A stretch of 64,000 nucleotides of DNA from an uncultured Prevotella sp. (GCA_900540375.1 UQFS01000014.1:17863-81862); one strand, 5' to 3'; counted from the first letter of the stretch, positions 19,066 through 30,283 are shown. The notes: generated by a model not told the origin, from the letters alone. Translations and numbers: made by a program.

Positions 19066-20313
19066 TTATTTTGTAGCTTTTTTCTTCTTGGGGCGGAAGA
19101 CCAGTGCGAAGGCAATGCCTACGATGAGGGCATAACTTGCAAAGATATACCAGCACGACTGCCATTGCGTGACACCGCCGACGGTATGGAGGTCTACAAC
19201 TTCCTGTGCAGCCAGTGAACCGATCGTGGCGCCTAAGCCGTTGGTCATCAGCATGAAGAGACCCTGTGCGGAAGAACGCAGACAAGGATCGGTGGCCTTG
19301 TCGACAAACAGCGAGCCGGAAATATTAAAGAAATCGAAGGCGACGCCATAGATGATCATGGAGGCCACAAACATCCATACCTTGCTGCCCGGATCACCGG
19401 CACCGAGAAGGCCAAAGCGGAGAACCCATGCAAACATAGCGATGAGCATAACGTTCTTGATGCCGAAATGCTTCATGAAGAAAGGTATCATCAGAATGCA
19501 CAGCGTCTCACTGATTTGGGAGATCGAATAGAGAATGACAGAGTGCTTCACACCAAAGGTATCGGCGAACTCAGGTATCTTGGCGAAGCTCTCAATAAAC
19601 GGGGTTGCAAAGCCATTGGTGATCTGCAGGCTGACACCCAGCAGCATGGAGAAGATGAAGAAGATAGCCATCTTCTTTTGACGGAACAGCGTGAAGGCAC
19701 GCAGACCGAAAGCGTCGACCAGACTCTTATGCTTGTCGTCATGGCTGACAGGACAGGCTGGGAGGGTGAACGTATAGAGGAAGAGAAGAATACTCAGCAC
19801 GCCGCTGACGACAAACTGTAACTCATTAGCCTTGAAGCCCATGATATCGACGAACCACATGCTACAGATGAAACCGACCGTACCAAAAACACGGATGGGC
19901 GGGAAGTCCTTCACGGTGTCCATGCTGGCTTGGGTGAGTGCGCAGTAAGCTACGGAATTGCTGAGTGCCAAAGTGGGCATGTAGAATGCTACGCTGACGG
20001 AGTAGAGGGTGAATAAAGTGGCAAAGGTCACGTTAGAGCCTGCATAATAGCCATAAGCCGCAGCACCCATCATAAAGGAACCGGCCAGCAGGTGGCAGAG
20101 GCCAAGCAAACGCTGGGCTGGTATCCAACGGTCTGCTACAATGCCCATGAGTGCGGGCATGAAAATAGAGACAATGCCTTGCATGGCAAAAAACGCACCG
20201 ATATGAGTGGACATCCCGGCATTGGTGAGATAAATGCCCATACAGGTTAGGTAAGCACCCCATACAGCAAACTGCAGGAAGTTCATGAATGCCAAACGCA
20301 CTTTTAAGTTCAT
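19066..20313 (-). CDS. Nucleoside:H+ symporter-family MFS permease (NupG/XapB-like)
   Basis: 415 aa with about 12 TM helices. The N-terminus MNLKVRLAFMNFLQFAVWGAYLT is typical of nucleoside permeases. Confidence 0.7.
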   Translation of the reverse strand: MNLKVRLAFMNFLQFAVWGAYLTCMGIYLTNAGMSTHIGAFFAMQGIVSIFMPALMGIVADRWIPAQRLLGLCHLLAGSFMMGAAAYGYYAGSNVTFATLFTLYSVSVAFYMPTLALSNSVAYCALTQASMDTVKDFPPIRVFGTVGFICSMWFVDIMGFKANELQFVVSGVLSILLFLYTFTLPACPVSHDDKHKSLVDAFGLRAFTLFRQKKMAIFFIFSMLLGVSLQITNGFATPFIESFAKIPEFADTFGVKHSVILYSISQISETLCILMIPFFMKHFGIKNVMLIAMFAWVLRFGLLGAGDPGSKVWMFVASMIIYGVAFDFFNISGSLFVDKATDPCLRSSAQGLFMLMTNGLGATIGSLAAQEVVDLHTVGGVTQWQSCWYIFASYALIVGIAFALVFRPKKKKATK

Positions 20314-20356
20314 AGTCGTGTCTTTTTAGGATTGGTCTTGGGTATTATGACTTTTT

Positions 20357-21052
20357 TCATTGATTGACGTACTTCCCATTGCTCCACTTCAATCGAAGCG
20401 GCACAAGGATAGCAGCAACTTTGTCCTTATCCTCTTTGGAGAGCAGCGGAAGAGAGAGTTGAAGGGCCAAGTTATGGTCTTCTGCACTGAGAGATGCTTT
20501 GACCATGACCGGATCGATCATAGACTTCAGTTTTCCGTATTCTGCCGTACTGAGATGATCCGGACGTGAGGTCAGACGGTCAGCGAGTTCCTGTAAGGAA
20601 GATACTCCAAGGAAGCGCTGTACAGGAAGTGGCTGCCACTGGGGAGTGAAAAACAATATCTGGCTCTCACCTGTGTCACCGCTTGTCCAGGTCTTCAAAA
20701 GGCAGACAACAGTGTCGCGACGCTCTGTTGGCAACAACTTCAGTTGCAGAGTGGTAGCCTCATTGAGTTTGACTTCTGTGAAATCTGTTGTCAGTGTGTC
20801 CATTCTACTTTTCCCTCCTAACTGGTTGTCAATGGTGCCATCTACATGCATGGAAGTATAGCTGGGCATATCTACTCTTTGGTTGTGGTCGAGATATGGG
20901 AGAATGCTGTCGGGCATAGCTTTCCATATCTCCGTCAGGGATTGTGCGTGAAGAGGTGTGCCACACGCAAGAAAGAGACAAGCCGACATCAAACAGTGAC
21001 TGTAGCGCCGCCGGATGGGGTGGAAGAGATTGTTGGATAAGAATGGAATCAT
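20357..21052 (-). CDS. Hypothetical secreted/lipoprotein
   Basis: 231 aa. Signal-peptide-like N-terminus ...CLMSACLFLACGTPLHAQ. Confidence 0.4.
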   Translation of the reverse strand: MIPFLSNNLFHPIRRRYSHCLMSACLFLACGTPLHAQSLTEIWKAMPDSILPYLDHNQRVDMPSYTSMHVDGTIDNQLGGKSRMDTLTTDFTEVKLNEATTLQLKLLPTERRDTVVCLLKTWTSGDTGESQILFFTPQWQPLPVQRFLGVSSLQELADRLTSRPDHLSTAEYGKLKSMIDPVMVKASLSAEDHNLALQLSLPLLSKEDKDKVAAILVPLRLKWSNGKYVNQ

Positions 21053-21075
21053 GTGTGGAAAACGTCGATAATCGA

Positions 21076-21549
21076 TTAGTGCTTCAATTCAAAGGGACCG
21101 TAACGAAGCTGAGTCGTCCAATGTCCTGATCTTGGTGAAACGAAGATGGTGAACAGATGGCCGAAACCGTCGGGAGACTTGCCGCCGGCGTAGAAAGGAG
21201 TGCCGTCGTCCTCATAGTCTTCAGTCATCACATTGTCTTTGCCCAACATATTGTAGACGCTCTTAGCCTGTACTTTTGCAGCGACTTTGTTCTTAACGGT
21301 CATATAGAAACGGGCTTCGCTGAGTTTTCCATCCTTAAAAAAAAAGTGGATCTCATTCCATTTAAAGCCATTGAAGACCTTGTTAGTGTAGCAGAGCTCC
21401 TCTTCGCTTTCCTTTGACGGAGTGCCCAACTGCGTAGTGATTTCTGTCTTAGCTTCAGATAGAAGGGTGCCAAATTGAACTTTACCAATGTTTTGTGCTT
21501 TTATCATCATGGAGAACATGAGCAGAGCCGCTAAACAAATCTTTCTCAT
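21076..21549 (-). CDS. Hypothetical secreted protein
   Basis: 157 aa. Signal peptide MRKICLAALLMFSMMIKAQN. Confidence 0.4.
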   Translation of the reverse strand: MRKICLAALLMFSMMIKAQNIGKVQFGTLLSEAKTEITTQLGTPSKESEEELCYTNKVFNGFKWNEIHFFFKDGKLSEARFYMTVKNKVAAKVQAKSVYNMLGKDNVMTEDYEDDGTPFYAGGKSPDGFGHLFTIFVSPRSGHWTTQLRYGPFELKH

Positions 21550-21679
21550 TTTTCTGCTTTTATATTTGCTTTTATCATTTTACAGAATACAAAGTTAAGA
21601 AAAAAGACTGAATTGAGCGCGCTTTTCATATAAAAAATGAGTGTTTGCTCAGTTTGGCTCGTGTTTATCTCTTGTCATT

Positions 21680-24600
21680 TCATCTTTTCTTTTCCATCTT
21701 TGTCTGCTTAACGTCTTTTGTACCCGCTGTTTCCTTACTTTGTGATATTTGCTTTTTTCTATGCCACAACTCTTTCCAATTGTCGAAATCGTGCTTGATC
21801 ACAAAGCCAACACCTTGTGTGTTCAGGGCATTGCGGGTGAAGTATCGGTCATTGGTCTGATTGTAGATGCGTACACTCAGATTGCCGTTGGGTACAATGA
21901 GGTAGCGGATGTCGAAGTCACCGATAAACGATTGGTTAGCCGTAGTCGCATTGTCGCGGTAGCCGAACTGTCCGTTGAAGAGAAGACGGTTGTTGAGGAA
22001 ACTGCCGCTGAGAATACCCTCGTACTCGGCGTTGTTCCAGCCCTCAGTACCTGTAGAGATGTTGGCACCGAAGTTCCAGTTCTTGTTCTTAACGACCGAG
22101 CCGAGCACGTTGTTGATCTGTTGGCTCAGCTGTCCGCTGAGGATGCTCTGCATGGCGAGTGTCGTCTTACTCTCCTTGGCTTCTACATCCTGGGCGTTGT
22201 TTTCGGTCTTATTATAGAATCGGCCTACGGCAAGCAGATATAGCACCTGTTGCTTCATCTCGTCCTCGCTGTTGATGATGCTGTAGATCATCTGCTTCAC
22301 GTCGGCGCTGACAGTTGGCATGTCCATGTCGAAGTCGACCTTGGGATCAGACGGTGTCCCTGTGACTTTCATCAGACAGTTGACACGGATGTTGTTGCCA
22401 GAGAATCTACGACCCAACTGCAGGTCTGCAAGATTCACGGAATTGAGCATATATTGTGCTTCGAGGTTGAGGTTGGCATAGCTTGGATCACCGCCAAAAG
22501 TGATGGTACTGCCTTGCTTGAAGGTGAAGTCACGCTTGATGATGTTCTGGATGGTCAGTTTATAGATGCCACGATCTACAACGTAGTTACCATAGAGTTT
22601 CACGCCACCTTTATTATAATAGGTGGCGCGAATGATGCCTGTACCGTTCAGGTCGATATAGTCTCCGCTTGTCTTGTCCATGATGATCTTCAGCGTAGCG
22701 TCGGGTGTGGCATGGATGAGGAAGTTGATATGTATGTCGGTAGGCACATCTTCCGGTTTTGCGTCGTTGTCAGAGGGAGGCGGAGCGTTGACCAGTTGGG
22801 CTTGGAGAGAGTCTCTGGATACCCATTGGATAAACTCTTGTGTGCCAATCGCTTCCGGACTGGTGATGTCGTAACACATCACGGACCTATGGGAAGGAGT
22901 AGCGTCTACTTTGATATTTACTTCCCCAGGCTTACCGTTGATGTCGACGGAGCCTGTTCCGGCAATAGTTCCATAGACCGTATTGCCATCGTCCGGACCA
23001 AGATCATAACCAATCAGGTTGTTGGCTTTGACATGGAGGGCGTAGCTCAGGTGTGAGAGATGGGTATGGTAAAGGGCTCCGGAGAGAAGTCCACGGTTGC
23101 CGAGTCGGTCACGGATAGTATCACCGGCAAACCGAATTTCATTTACCAGAAAGCGGACAGAGTCGTCAGATAGGTAATATCTTGTATTAATAGGTGTGAT
23201 TGTGGTGGCTCCCGATACCTTGGCACCACCCGTGAGGTTGAGTTTCTTCAAGTCTCCCCAAAGATTGAGCTTACCATTTACGGAAAGGTCTATGTCGCTC
23301 ATGAAATTGGAACAAAAGCCTTTGAGGAACTCGCCTCTGGCGTTCTCGGCGTTAAAGGTGAGGTTGATGTCGTTGCGCTTGGGTGAGACATATCCATTGA
23401 TGATAGTCCGTCGGTCTTGAAAGCCCCTATCAGTATGCATCGTGTCCAAGGCGATCGCATCGATGTCGATCTGTTTTTTCTCGTTGTTCCATCTGACATT
23501 GGCATTGAGCGTTCCCATATTGCCTTCTTCAAACTGGAAGTCAGAGACTACAATGTTTCCTTTGGCCTTCGGCGTGCCGAAGAGTGAGGATAGATAAGCC
23601 TTACCGTTGACATTGCCGGAGAAGTCTACGGAATGGAAGTTGACAAGGTCGAGAATATACTCAACATTGACATTGTTGAGATCCACAATGATGGAGTCAT
23701 CACGATTGGGCGATGCCTGGCCGTTGATTCGGATGGACTGTGAGTTGCTGGCAATATTGAGATTGTCGATGGTGAGGTGCTTCTTGCTGTAAGTGAGCAG
23801 GTCGGCATGGATGGTATACACTGAATCGCCAACGAACAGATGGGATTTCTTAACATCAATAGACGCAACCACTTGGTTTTTCTCATTGGGGAGGAATGCC
23901 ATGTCGGCATTGAGTTGTCCTCTCAAACGTTGCTTCTTGGCATGATTGTCCATGGACAGACTTGTGCGCAAGGTGTTGCCGACTGCGGTAGCTTGGATCT
24001 GATAATCAGTGCCAGGCCTATTGTCATCTGTCTTGGTGAGCGATCCCTGACAGTTGAGTTGGTTGTTGGGTGATGTGGCAATGATGTTGACATTCTGATA
24101 GCGTCCTCCATTGTAGGAAAGATCCGGTGCAACGACATGGCAGTCGATGCCCTCGGTCTTGCTGTCCAAACTGCAAGTGAGGGAGAGAGGCTGCAGAAGA
24201 TTCAGATCCACACCCGTGAAGAAGCGTAGCCAGTCGTCACGTAGGATGGTGGCTGTCAGAGCGAAGTTGTTGGAGTGGGAAGGACGATATCTGAAAGATG
24301 TAAGTGTCTGAATGCTGGGAAGTTGATGAATAAAGACGTTTTGGATGCTTTGCAATAGCGTAGCGTAATCAAACTGTCCTGTCACCTCGATATGCCCGAA
24401 ATCACTGAGCATCGTGACGAAATGATCATGATTGCTCTTTCCTGCTTTGATCTGCAAGGATTGCAACTCGTATCTTTCATCACCTCTCTGGGCTCGGAAA
24501 TTAGTGACCTTGAGAAGACCGTTGAGGTTGTTGAGGCTTGAGCCAGAGAGATTGGCCGATAAGTTGACCGCATAGTTGGTGTCGCCAAGTTTGCCTTTGA

Positions 24601-26161
24601 GTAGATTGACGGCAGAAGGATGTAAGTGGGAAATCTCCGCATCAAGAACGTAATGATGCCGTGACAGCGATATTCCGTCCTTGCTCTCTATAGTAGCAAC
24701 GATGTTGGGGTCGTTGATGGAGCAATGGCCTGAGAATGTCTCATTTCTGAAAGCGCCATTGATATTAATATGCTGATAGGGATAGCCTTTGAAGTCGATT
24801 CTGTCAATGCGCCCATCCGCGAGGAACATCTTCTGACGAAGATTTCCTGCCACTTTGATGCTGGCAGCCAATTCACCCAAATCTTTGTTAGCAGTGATCT
24901 GTTGGAGATTGAAGCGTTGTGTCTCAAGATAACCGGAAAGCGCCTGGTGATCTATTTTGAAATTCACCTTAGCATTTCCTGCGTCTGAGAGCAGGGAACC
25001 ACTGACATGGATTTGTCTCGTGCCTTTTCCACGTCCACTGCCTGTGAAAGCAAGATGGTCAAGACGGTCGGCAACTGCCGGGAGATCAACGTTGAATATG
25101 TTTTTACCCTCTTGGTTGATATAGAGGCTGTGGCAGATGATGCTCCAGTCGGGCTGGTGGTCACAGAGTGTCGTACGGATGTCGCCACCAAAATGGAGGA
25201 TAGACGATTTTCGGGCACTTCCCGGAAAGACATCGAAAAGGATGTTTTCAATTGCGATATGATGTTTAGTGCCGTGGAACCTTGTGCTGAGCTGAATGTT
25301 GTGTCGTGATCTTTTAATCTTGTCAGTGAGGCAACTGATATCGTATGTGCTGATAAGTGAAGGTTTAATGCTTCCGGCGTAAGACATTGTGTTCCAGTCT
25401 ATCATATCCCCCTTGCGCTTGAAGTTGGCTGCGATTTCTTTCAAGAAAACCCTCGATGTAGGTGTACGAAGAAAGAGATGGTCTAAAGCGATCTTATGGT
25501 TTGACAAAGATGCCTTGGCGGTGAGTTCTTTTATGTCCAAGCCACACTGCTCTGAGAGGCTGAGTTTCTTGATGTTGATGCTGCCAGCGTCTTTTGTCAG
25601 GTCTGACAGCAAGATATGTGTACTGATATTTTTAATATTGAGATGATGGATGTCTAAGGTGTGCATCCTCAGCATATCGAACTGGTCATAGCAGAGAGCA
25701 CCGCGTCGGATGACCAGACTGTGAATCTGAAAGTTGAGTTTGGAATGCACTGTAGTGTCTTTGGAAGCCAATGAATCCACAACGAACTGATAATTGGGGC
25801 GGGCACTCGCCGAGGCACGGTTGATGCGGATGTCAGCACCGAAGAGCTGGGCGGAGGTGATACAGATCTCGTTGTAAGGCAGTCGGAGCAAATCAAGCTT
25901 GGCGGAAATACGGCCGGCACGCAGCAAAGGGTGGCGCTGATGGTCGAGCATTGTCACATCGTCGATGATGATACGATTGAACAGACCAACGTCAATACGT
26001 CCTACACATACCTTCGTGCCAAATTTTTCAGACAATGCGGAGGATACTTCGCGTCCGAAATATTTTTGTACAGCAGGTATGTTCACAGAGATGGTAAGAG
26101 TGACGTAAAATGTCAATAAAACCCATATCACAGTATTGATAGTGTGCCTAAGCCATTTCAT
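21680..26161 (-). CDS. tamB: Translocation and assembly module protein TamB (AsmA-like, DUF490 C-terminus)
   Basis: 1493 aa. There is an N-terminal membrane anchor (TVIWVLLTFYVTLTISV) followed by a long beta-rich repeat region typical of TamB. Confidence 0.75.
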   Translation of the reverse strand: MKWLRHTINTVIWVLLTFYVTLTISVNIPAVQKYFGREVSSALSEKFGTKVCVGRIDVGLFNRIIIDDVTMLDHQRHPLLRAGRISAKLDLLRLPYNEICITSAQLFGADIRINRASASARPNYQFVVDSLASKDTTVHSKLNFQIHSLVIRRGALCYDQFDMLRMHTLDIHHLNIKNISTHILLSDLTKDAGSINIKKLSLSEQCGLDIKELTAKASLSNHKIALDHLFLRTPTSRVFLKEIAANFKRKGDMIDWNTMSYAGSIKPSLISTYDISCLTDKIKRSRHNIQLSTRFHGTKHHIAIENILFDVFPGSARKSSILHFGGDIRTTLCDHQPDWSIICHSLYINQEGKNIFNVDLPAVADRLDHLAFTGSGRGKGTRQIHVSGSLLSDAGNAKVNFKIDHQALSGYLETQRFNLQQITANKDLGELAASIKVAGNLRQKMFLADGRIDRIDFKGYPYQHININGAFRNETFSGHCSINDPNIVATIESKDGISLSRHHYVLDAEISHLHPSAVNLLKGKLGDTNYAVNLSANLSGSSLNNLNGLLKVTNFRAQRGDERYELQSLQIKAGKSNHDHFVTMLSDFGHIEVTGQFDYATLLQSIQNVFIHQLPSIQTLTSFRYRPSHSNNFALTATILRDDWLRFFTGVDLNLLQPLSLTCSLDSKTEGIDCHVVAPDLSYNGGRYQNVNIIATSPNNQLNCQGSLTKTDDNRPGTDYQIQATAVGNTLRTSLSMDNHAKKQRLRGQLNADMAFLPNEKNQVVASIDVKKSHLFVGDSVYTIHADLLTYSKKHLTIDNLNIASNSQSIRINGQASPNRDDSIIVDLNNVNVEYILDLVNFHSVDFSGNVNGKAYLSSLFGTPKAKGNIVVSDFQFEEGNMGTLNANVRWNNEKKQIDIDAIALDTMHTDRGFQDRRTIINGYVSPKRNDINLTFNAENARGEFLKGFCSNFMSDIDLSVNGKLNLWGDLKKLNLTGGAKVSGATTITPINTRYYLSDDSVRFLVNEIRFAGDTIRDRLGNRGLLSGALYHTHLSHLSYALHVKANNLIGYDLGPDDGNTVYGTIAGTGSVDINGKPGEVNIKVDATPSHRSVMCYDITSPEAIGTQEFIQWVSRDSLQAQLVNAPPPSDNDAKPEDVPTDIHINFLIHATPDATLKIIMDKTSGDYIDLNGTGIIRATYYNKGGVKLYGNYVVDRGIYKLTIQNIIKRDFTFKQGSTITFGGDPSYANLNLEAQYMLNSVNLADLQLGRRFSGNNIRVNCLMKVTGTPSDPKVDFDMDMPTVSADVKQMIYSIINSEDEMKQQVLYLLAVGRFYNKTENNAQDVEAKESKTTLAMQSILSGQLSQQINNVLGSVVKNKNWNFGANISTGTEGWNNAEYEGILSGSFLNNRLLFNGQFGYRDNATTANQSFIGDFDIRYLIVPNGNLSVRIYNQTNDRYFTRNALNTQGVGFVIKHDFDNWKELWHRKKQISQSKETAGTKDVKQTKMEKKR

Positions 26162-26239
26162 TTTATGTGCAAAAATATAAAATTAAACTCGAAAATGAAA
26201 TAAAATAGCCATCTTTATCATTTTTAATCTAAATTTTCA

Positions 26240-26247
26240 GTATATTT
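26240..26247 (+). promoter_or_regulatory. Bacteroidetes -7 promoter element (TATATTTG) upstream of the nqr operon
   Basis: A perfect TAnnTTTG lies about 115 nt upstream of nqrA. Confidence 0.35.
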
Positions 26248-26361
26248 GCAACGTCAAAGATTGCTTCACCGTGAAAAAGGGAAAACCGCAGTCGTGCGTT
26301 TTAGGACACAATGAGACATTTCAGCATCATATCATAAGAAGTATTACTTATTATTTTTTCT

Positions 26362-27717
26362 ATGACAAATGTAGTTAAGATACGAAAAGGCTTAGACATC
26401 CATTTAAAGGGAAAGGCTTCGACGGACAAACGTGTGGAAGTGATTTCATCCGGGGAGTTTGCCCTTGTGCCAAGTAGTTTCGTAGGTTTAAAGCCAAAAG
26501 TAGTTGTCAAGGAGGGAGATCATGTTCTTGCCGGAGATCCCTTGTTTGTGGACAAGTTATCTCGGGAGGTGCGGTGTGCTTCTCCAGTGAGTGGCACTGT
26601 AGAGCAAGTGCTTCGTGGTGAACGGCGTAAAGTGCTCTATGTGAAAGTAAAGGTTGATCAGGAGCAGAGCTTCCATGATTATGGCAAACACGATGTCGCG
26701 TCGTTGGACGGAAATGCAGTGAAATCATTGCTGTTGGAATCCGGGCTGTTTGCTTATATCAATCAATTGCCCTACGCTGTTGTGGCTTCCCCCGCTTCGT
26801 CTCCTAAGGCTATCTTTGTTTCCGCCTTGCGTGACATGCCGTTGGCTGCTGACTTTGAAGTAGAACTTAAAGGCAATGAAGCTGCTTTTCAGGCTGGTCT
26901 TACTGCGTTGTCGAAGATGGCACCCGTATCTTTAGGTATCGGTGCCGCACAGCAATCTGCAGCACTCACGCAGGCTAAGGATGTAGAGATTACCGTGTTC
27001 GATGGTTCTTGCCCTGCCGGTAATGTGGGGGTGCAAGTCAATCATCTCAATCCTGTCAACCGCGGTGAGGTGGTTTGGACCGTTGATCCGTCAGCCGTCA
27101 TCTTCATCGGTCGTCTGATGTTGACCGGCAAGGTGGATCTTCACCGTGTCATCGCTATCGCTGGCAGTCAGGTAAAGGAGCCGTCATACGCCAATGTGCT
27201 GGTGGGAACGAAGATGTCTGACATTCTGAAGGACCGCTTAGCAACAGATCAGCATGTGCGTATTCTCAACGGCAATCCCCTGACGGGTGAGAAGGGTGGC
27301 TTGGATGATTATCTGGGTGCTCATACGTCAGAGGTGACGGTTATTCCTGAAGGTGATGACCGCGACGAGGTGCTGGGTTGGATCGCTCTTCGCACCAAAG
27401 ACTTCTCAGTTTCTCATAGCTATTTCTCTTGGCTTCAGGGCAAGCGTCACGAGTTTGATCTTGATGCAAGAGTAAAAGGTGGAGAGCGCCATATGATTAT
27501 GAGTGGCGAATATGACAGGGTATTGCCGATGGATATCTACGGTGAGTACCTCATCAAGGCGCTCATAGCTGGTGATATCGACCGCCAGGAGCAGTTAGGT
27601 ATCTACGAGGTGTCGCCCGAGGACTTCGCTTTGGCTGAGTTCGTGGACTCCTCAAAGCTGCCTTTACAAAAGATTGTGCGTCAGGGACTTGATATCCTGC
27701 GCAAGGAGAATGCTTAA
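26362..27717 (+). CDS. nqrA: Na+-translocating NADH:quinone oxidoreductase subunit A
   Basis: 451 aa, first gene of the six-gene nqr cluster. The N-terminus MTNVVKIRKGLDIHLKGKA is typical of NqrA. Confidence 0.9.
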   Translation: MTNVVKIRKGLDIHLKGKASTDKRVEVISSGEFALVPSSFVGLKPKVVVKEGDHVLAGDPLFVDKLSREVRCASPVSGTVEQVLRGERRKVLYVKVKVDQEQSFHDYGKHDVASLDGNAVKSLLLESGLFAYINQLPYAVVASPASSPKAIFVSALRDMPLAADFEVELKGNEAAFQAGLTALSKMAPVSLGIGAAQQSAALTQAKDVEITVFDGSCPAGNVGVQVNHLNPVNRGEVVWTVDPSAVIFIGRLMLTGKVDLHRVIAIAGSQVKEPSYANVLVGTKMSDILKDRLATDQHVRILNGNPLTGEKGGLDDYLGAHTSEVTVIPEGDDRDEVLGWIALRTKDFSVSHSYFSWLQGKRHEFDLDARVKGGERHMIMSGEYDRVLPMDIYGEYLIKALIAGDIDRQEQLGIYEVSPEDFALAEFVDSSKLPLQKIVRQGLDILRKENA

Positions 27718-27750
27718 TGTAAATTAGCACAGAAACAATAATATAAAACT

Positions 27751-28908
27751 ATGAATGGTTTAAAAAAATACTTTGACCGCATTCGACCTAATTTCCAAGA
27801 AGGCGGGAAACTTCATGCCTTCAATAGCATCTATGAAGGCTTTGAGAGTTTTCTGTTCGTTCCCAATACTACGTCGAATTCCGGTGCCAGTATTCACGAC
27901 GCCTTAGACTCGAAGCGTATCATGAGCATCGTCGTCATCGCTCTGCTCCCTGCGCTGTTCTTCGGCATGTACAATGTAGGCTGTCAGAATGCTACGTCTG
28001 CCGGAAAGTTGGCCGAGACTGGTTTTTGGTCGCTCTTCTTCTATGGTCTTCTGGCTGTGTTGCCCAATTTGCTGGTTAGCTACATTGTTGGTCTGGGCAT
28101 TGAGTTTGCTTGGGCTCAGTGGAAAGGTGAGGAAATCCAAGAGGGCTATCTGGTTTCCGGTATCATCATTCCGCTGATCATCCCCGTGACTACACCTTTG
28201 TGGATGTTGGCCATTGCCGTTGCCTTTGCTGTCATCTTCGCCAAGGAGATCTTTGGTGGCACGGGTATGAACATCTTCAATGTGGCTATCGCAGCCCGCA
28301 TGTTCCTGTTCTTCTCTTATCCTAACAAGATGACGGGCGATTCAGTGTGGGTAAGCACTGATTCCATCTGTGGCCTCGGCTATCAGTTGCCCGATGGTTT
28401 CACGGCCGCTACGCCGTTGGGCCAGATTGCTCAGGGTATTACTCCACAGTCAAGTCTGGCCGACATGATCCTCGGCTTCATCCCCGGCTCTGTGGGGGAG
28501 ACTTCGGTGATTGCCATCGCTATTGGTGCCGTCATTCTGTTGTGGACAGGCATTGCCAGTTGGAAGACTATGCTGAGTGTCTTCGTCGGCGGCATTGCTA
28601 TGGCATTGATATTTGCCGTGACGGGCAAGACACCTATTCCTTGGTATGAGCACATCGTGCTGGGAGGCTTCTGCTTTGGTGCCGTGTTCATGGCTACCGA
28701 CCCTGTTACCTCAGCACGTACCGAGACCGGCAAGTATATCTATGGTCTTCTCATCGGTATCATGGCTGTGGTGGTGCGCGTGCTGAACCCGGGTTATCCT
28801 GAGGGTATGATGCTCGCTATCTTCTTCGGCAACATGTTTGCGCCGCTGATTGACTACTGTGTTGTTCAGTCCAACATCTCGAAGCGTGCCAAACGTTCTT
28901 CTAACTAA
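27751..28908 (+). CDS. nqrB: Na+-NQR subunit B
   Basis: 385 aa polytopic membrane protein in the expected operon position. Confidence 0.9.
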   Translation: MNGLKKYFDRIRPNFQEGGKLHAFNSIYEGFESFLFVPNTTSNSGASIHDALDSKRIMSIVVIALLPALFFGMYNVGCQNATSAGKLAETGFWSLFFYGLLAVLPNLLVSYIVGLGIEFAWAQWKGEEIQEGYLVSGIIIPLIIPVTTPLWMLAIAVAFAVIFAKEIFGGTGMNIFNVAIAARMFLFFSYPNKMTGDSVWVSTDSICGLGYQLPDGFTAATPLGQIAQGITPQSSLADMILGFIPGSVGETSVIAIAIGAVILLWTGIASWKTMLSVFVGGIAMALIFAVTGKTPIPWYEHIVLGGFCFGAVFMATDPVTSARTETGKYIYGLLIGIMAVVVRVLNPGYPEGMMLAIFFGNMFAPLIDYCVVQSNISKRAKRSSN

Positions 28909-28936
28909 TCAAGCAGATGACATTATATAATAAGGT

Positions 28937-29641
28937 ATGAAAACAAATTCCAATTCTTATACGATTGTCTATGCTGCCGTTCTTGTGGTGATCGTTGCCT
29001 TCTTGCTGGCCTTTGTCTTTCAGGCACTGCGCCCGGCACAGGAAGCTAATGTGGCACTTGACAAGCAGAAGCAGATACTCTATTCTCTCAACATCCGTGG
29101 CTTGCAGGATCAGGCTGCTGCCGCTAAATATAAAGAGGTGGTCACTGCCGACGAGGTTATTGATGCCAACGGCAATGTTGTTGACAAAGGTTCAAAAGGT
29201 GGCACCACTGCCGGCTTTAAGCTCAACTCCGGTGATTTCAAGGCTGGTAAGTTGGCTGTGTATGTCTGCTCCGTCAATGGACAGACCAAATATGTGATTC
29301 CTGTCTATGGCATGGGATTGTGGGGACCGATCAGTGGCTATATCGCTTTGAATGACGACAAGTCCACAATTTATGGTGCTTACTTCAACCATGAGAGTGA
29401 GACAGCCGGACTGGGTGCCGAGATCAAGGACAACCAGAAGTGGCAAGAGCAGTTCCAGGGCAAGAGACTCTTCAAGGGTGCTGACCGCAATGCCATCGCC
29501 ATCTCGGTGTTGAAGAAGCGTGACAGCAATGATCCCAACTCTGTGGATGCTGTCACTGGCGCAACGCTGACATCCAATGGTGTCACGGATATGCTTCACG
29601 ATTGTCTGGGACAGTATATTAAATTTCTGAATGCTAAATAA
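28937..29641 (+). CDS. nqrC: Na+-NQR subunit C
   Basis: 234 aa. It has a single N-terminal TM and the FMN-attachment motif region (SVDAVTGATLTSNG). Confidence 0.9.
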   Translation: MKTNSNSYTIVYAAVLVVIVAFLLAFVFQALRPAQEANVALDKQKQILYSLNIRGLQDQAAAAKYKEVVTADEVIDANGNVVDKGSKGGTTAGFKLNSGDFKAGKLAVYVCSVNGQTKYVIPVYGMGLWGPISGYIALNDDKSTIYGAYFNHESETAGLGAEIKDNQKWQEQFQGKRLFKGADRNAIAISVLKKRDSNDPNSVDAVTGATLTSNGVTDMLHDCLGQYIKFLNAK

Positions 29642-29653
29642 TAAAGACGAATT

Positions 29654-30283
29654 ATGAGTTTATTCAGTAAGCAAAATAAAGAGGTGCTGGGTGGCCCGTT
29701 GAATATCAACAATCCTATCCTCGTTCAGATTCTCGGTATCTGCTCTGCGCTGGCCGTGACATCTCAGCTCAAGCCGGCCATTGTTATGGGATTGGCTGTG
29801 ACAGTGATTACGGCTTTTTCTAATGTGATCATTGCACTCATCCGCAAGACCATCCCAATGCGTATCCGCATCATCGTGCAGTTGGTCGTCGTCGCTGCCT
29901 TGGTGACTATTGTCAGTCAGATTCTGAAGGCTGTGGCCTACGACGTGAGTGTTCAGCTCTCGGTGTATGTAGGATTGATCATCACCAACTGTATCCTCAT
30001 GGGTCGTCTGGAGGCTTTCGCCATGATGAACAAGCCTTGGCCGAGCTTCCTCGACGGTATCGGCAACGGTCTCGGCTATGCGATGATTCTGGTCATCGTC
30101 GGTGCTTTCCGTGAGTTCTTCGGCCGCGGTTCACTCCTTGGCTTCAAGATCATTCCGCAGAGCTTCTACGACGCGGGGTATGTCAACAACGGTATGATGA
30201 CCATGCCAGCTATGGCTCTTATTCTATTGGGATGTGTCATCTGGGTTCACCGCGCCTATTTCTATAAGGAGGACAAGAAGTAA
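29654..30283 (+). CDS. nqrD: Na+-NQR subunit D
   Basis: 209 aa membrane protein, homologous in layout to NqrE/RnfA. Confidence 0.9.
   Translation: MSLFSKQNKEVLGGPLNINNPILVQILGICSALAVTSQLKPAIVMGLAVTVITAFSNVIIALIRKTIPMRIRIIVQLVVVAALVTIVSQILKAVAYDVSVQLSVYVGLIITNCILMGRLEAFAMMNKPWPSFLDGIGNGLGYAMILVIVGAFREFFGRGSLLGFKIIPQSFYDAGYVNNGMMTMPAMALILLGCVIWVHRAYFYKEDKK

Noticed and set aside
22250-23056. 268 aa plus-strand ORF (and others) inside tamB
   Set aside because: Antisense to the 1493 aa TamB gene. No motifs.
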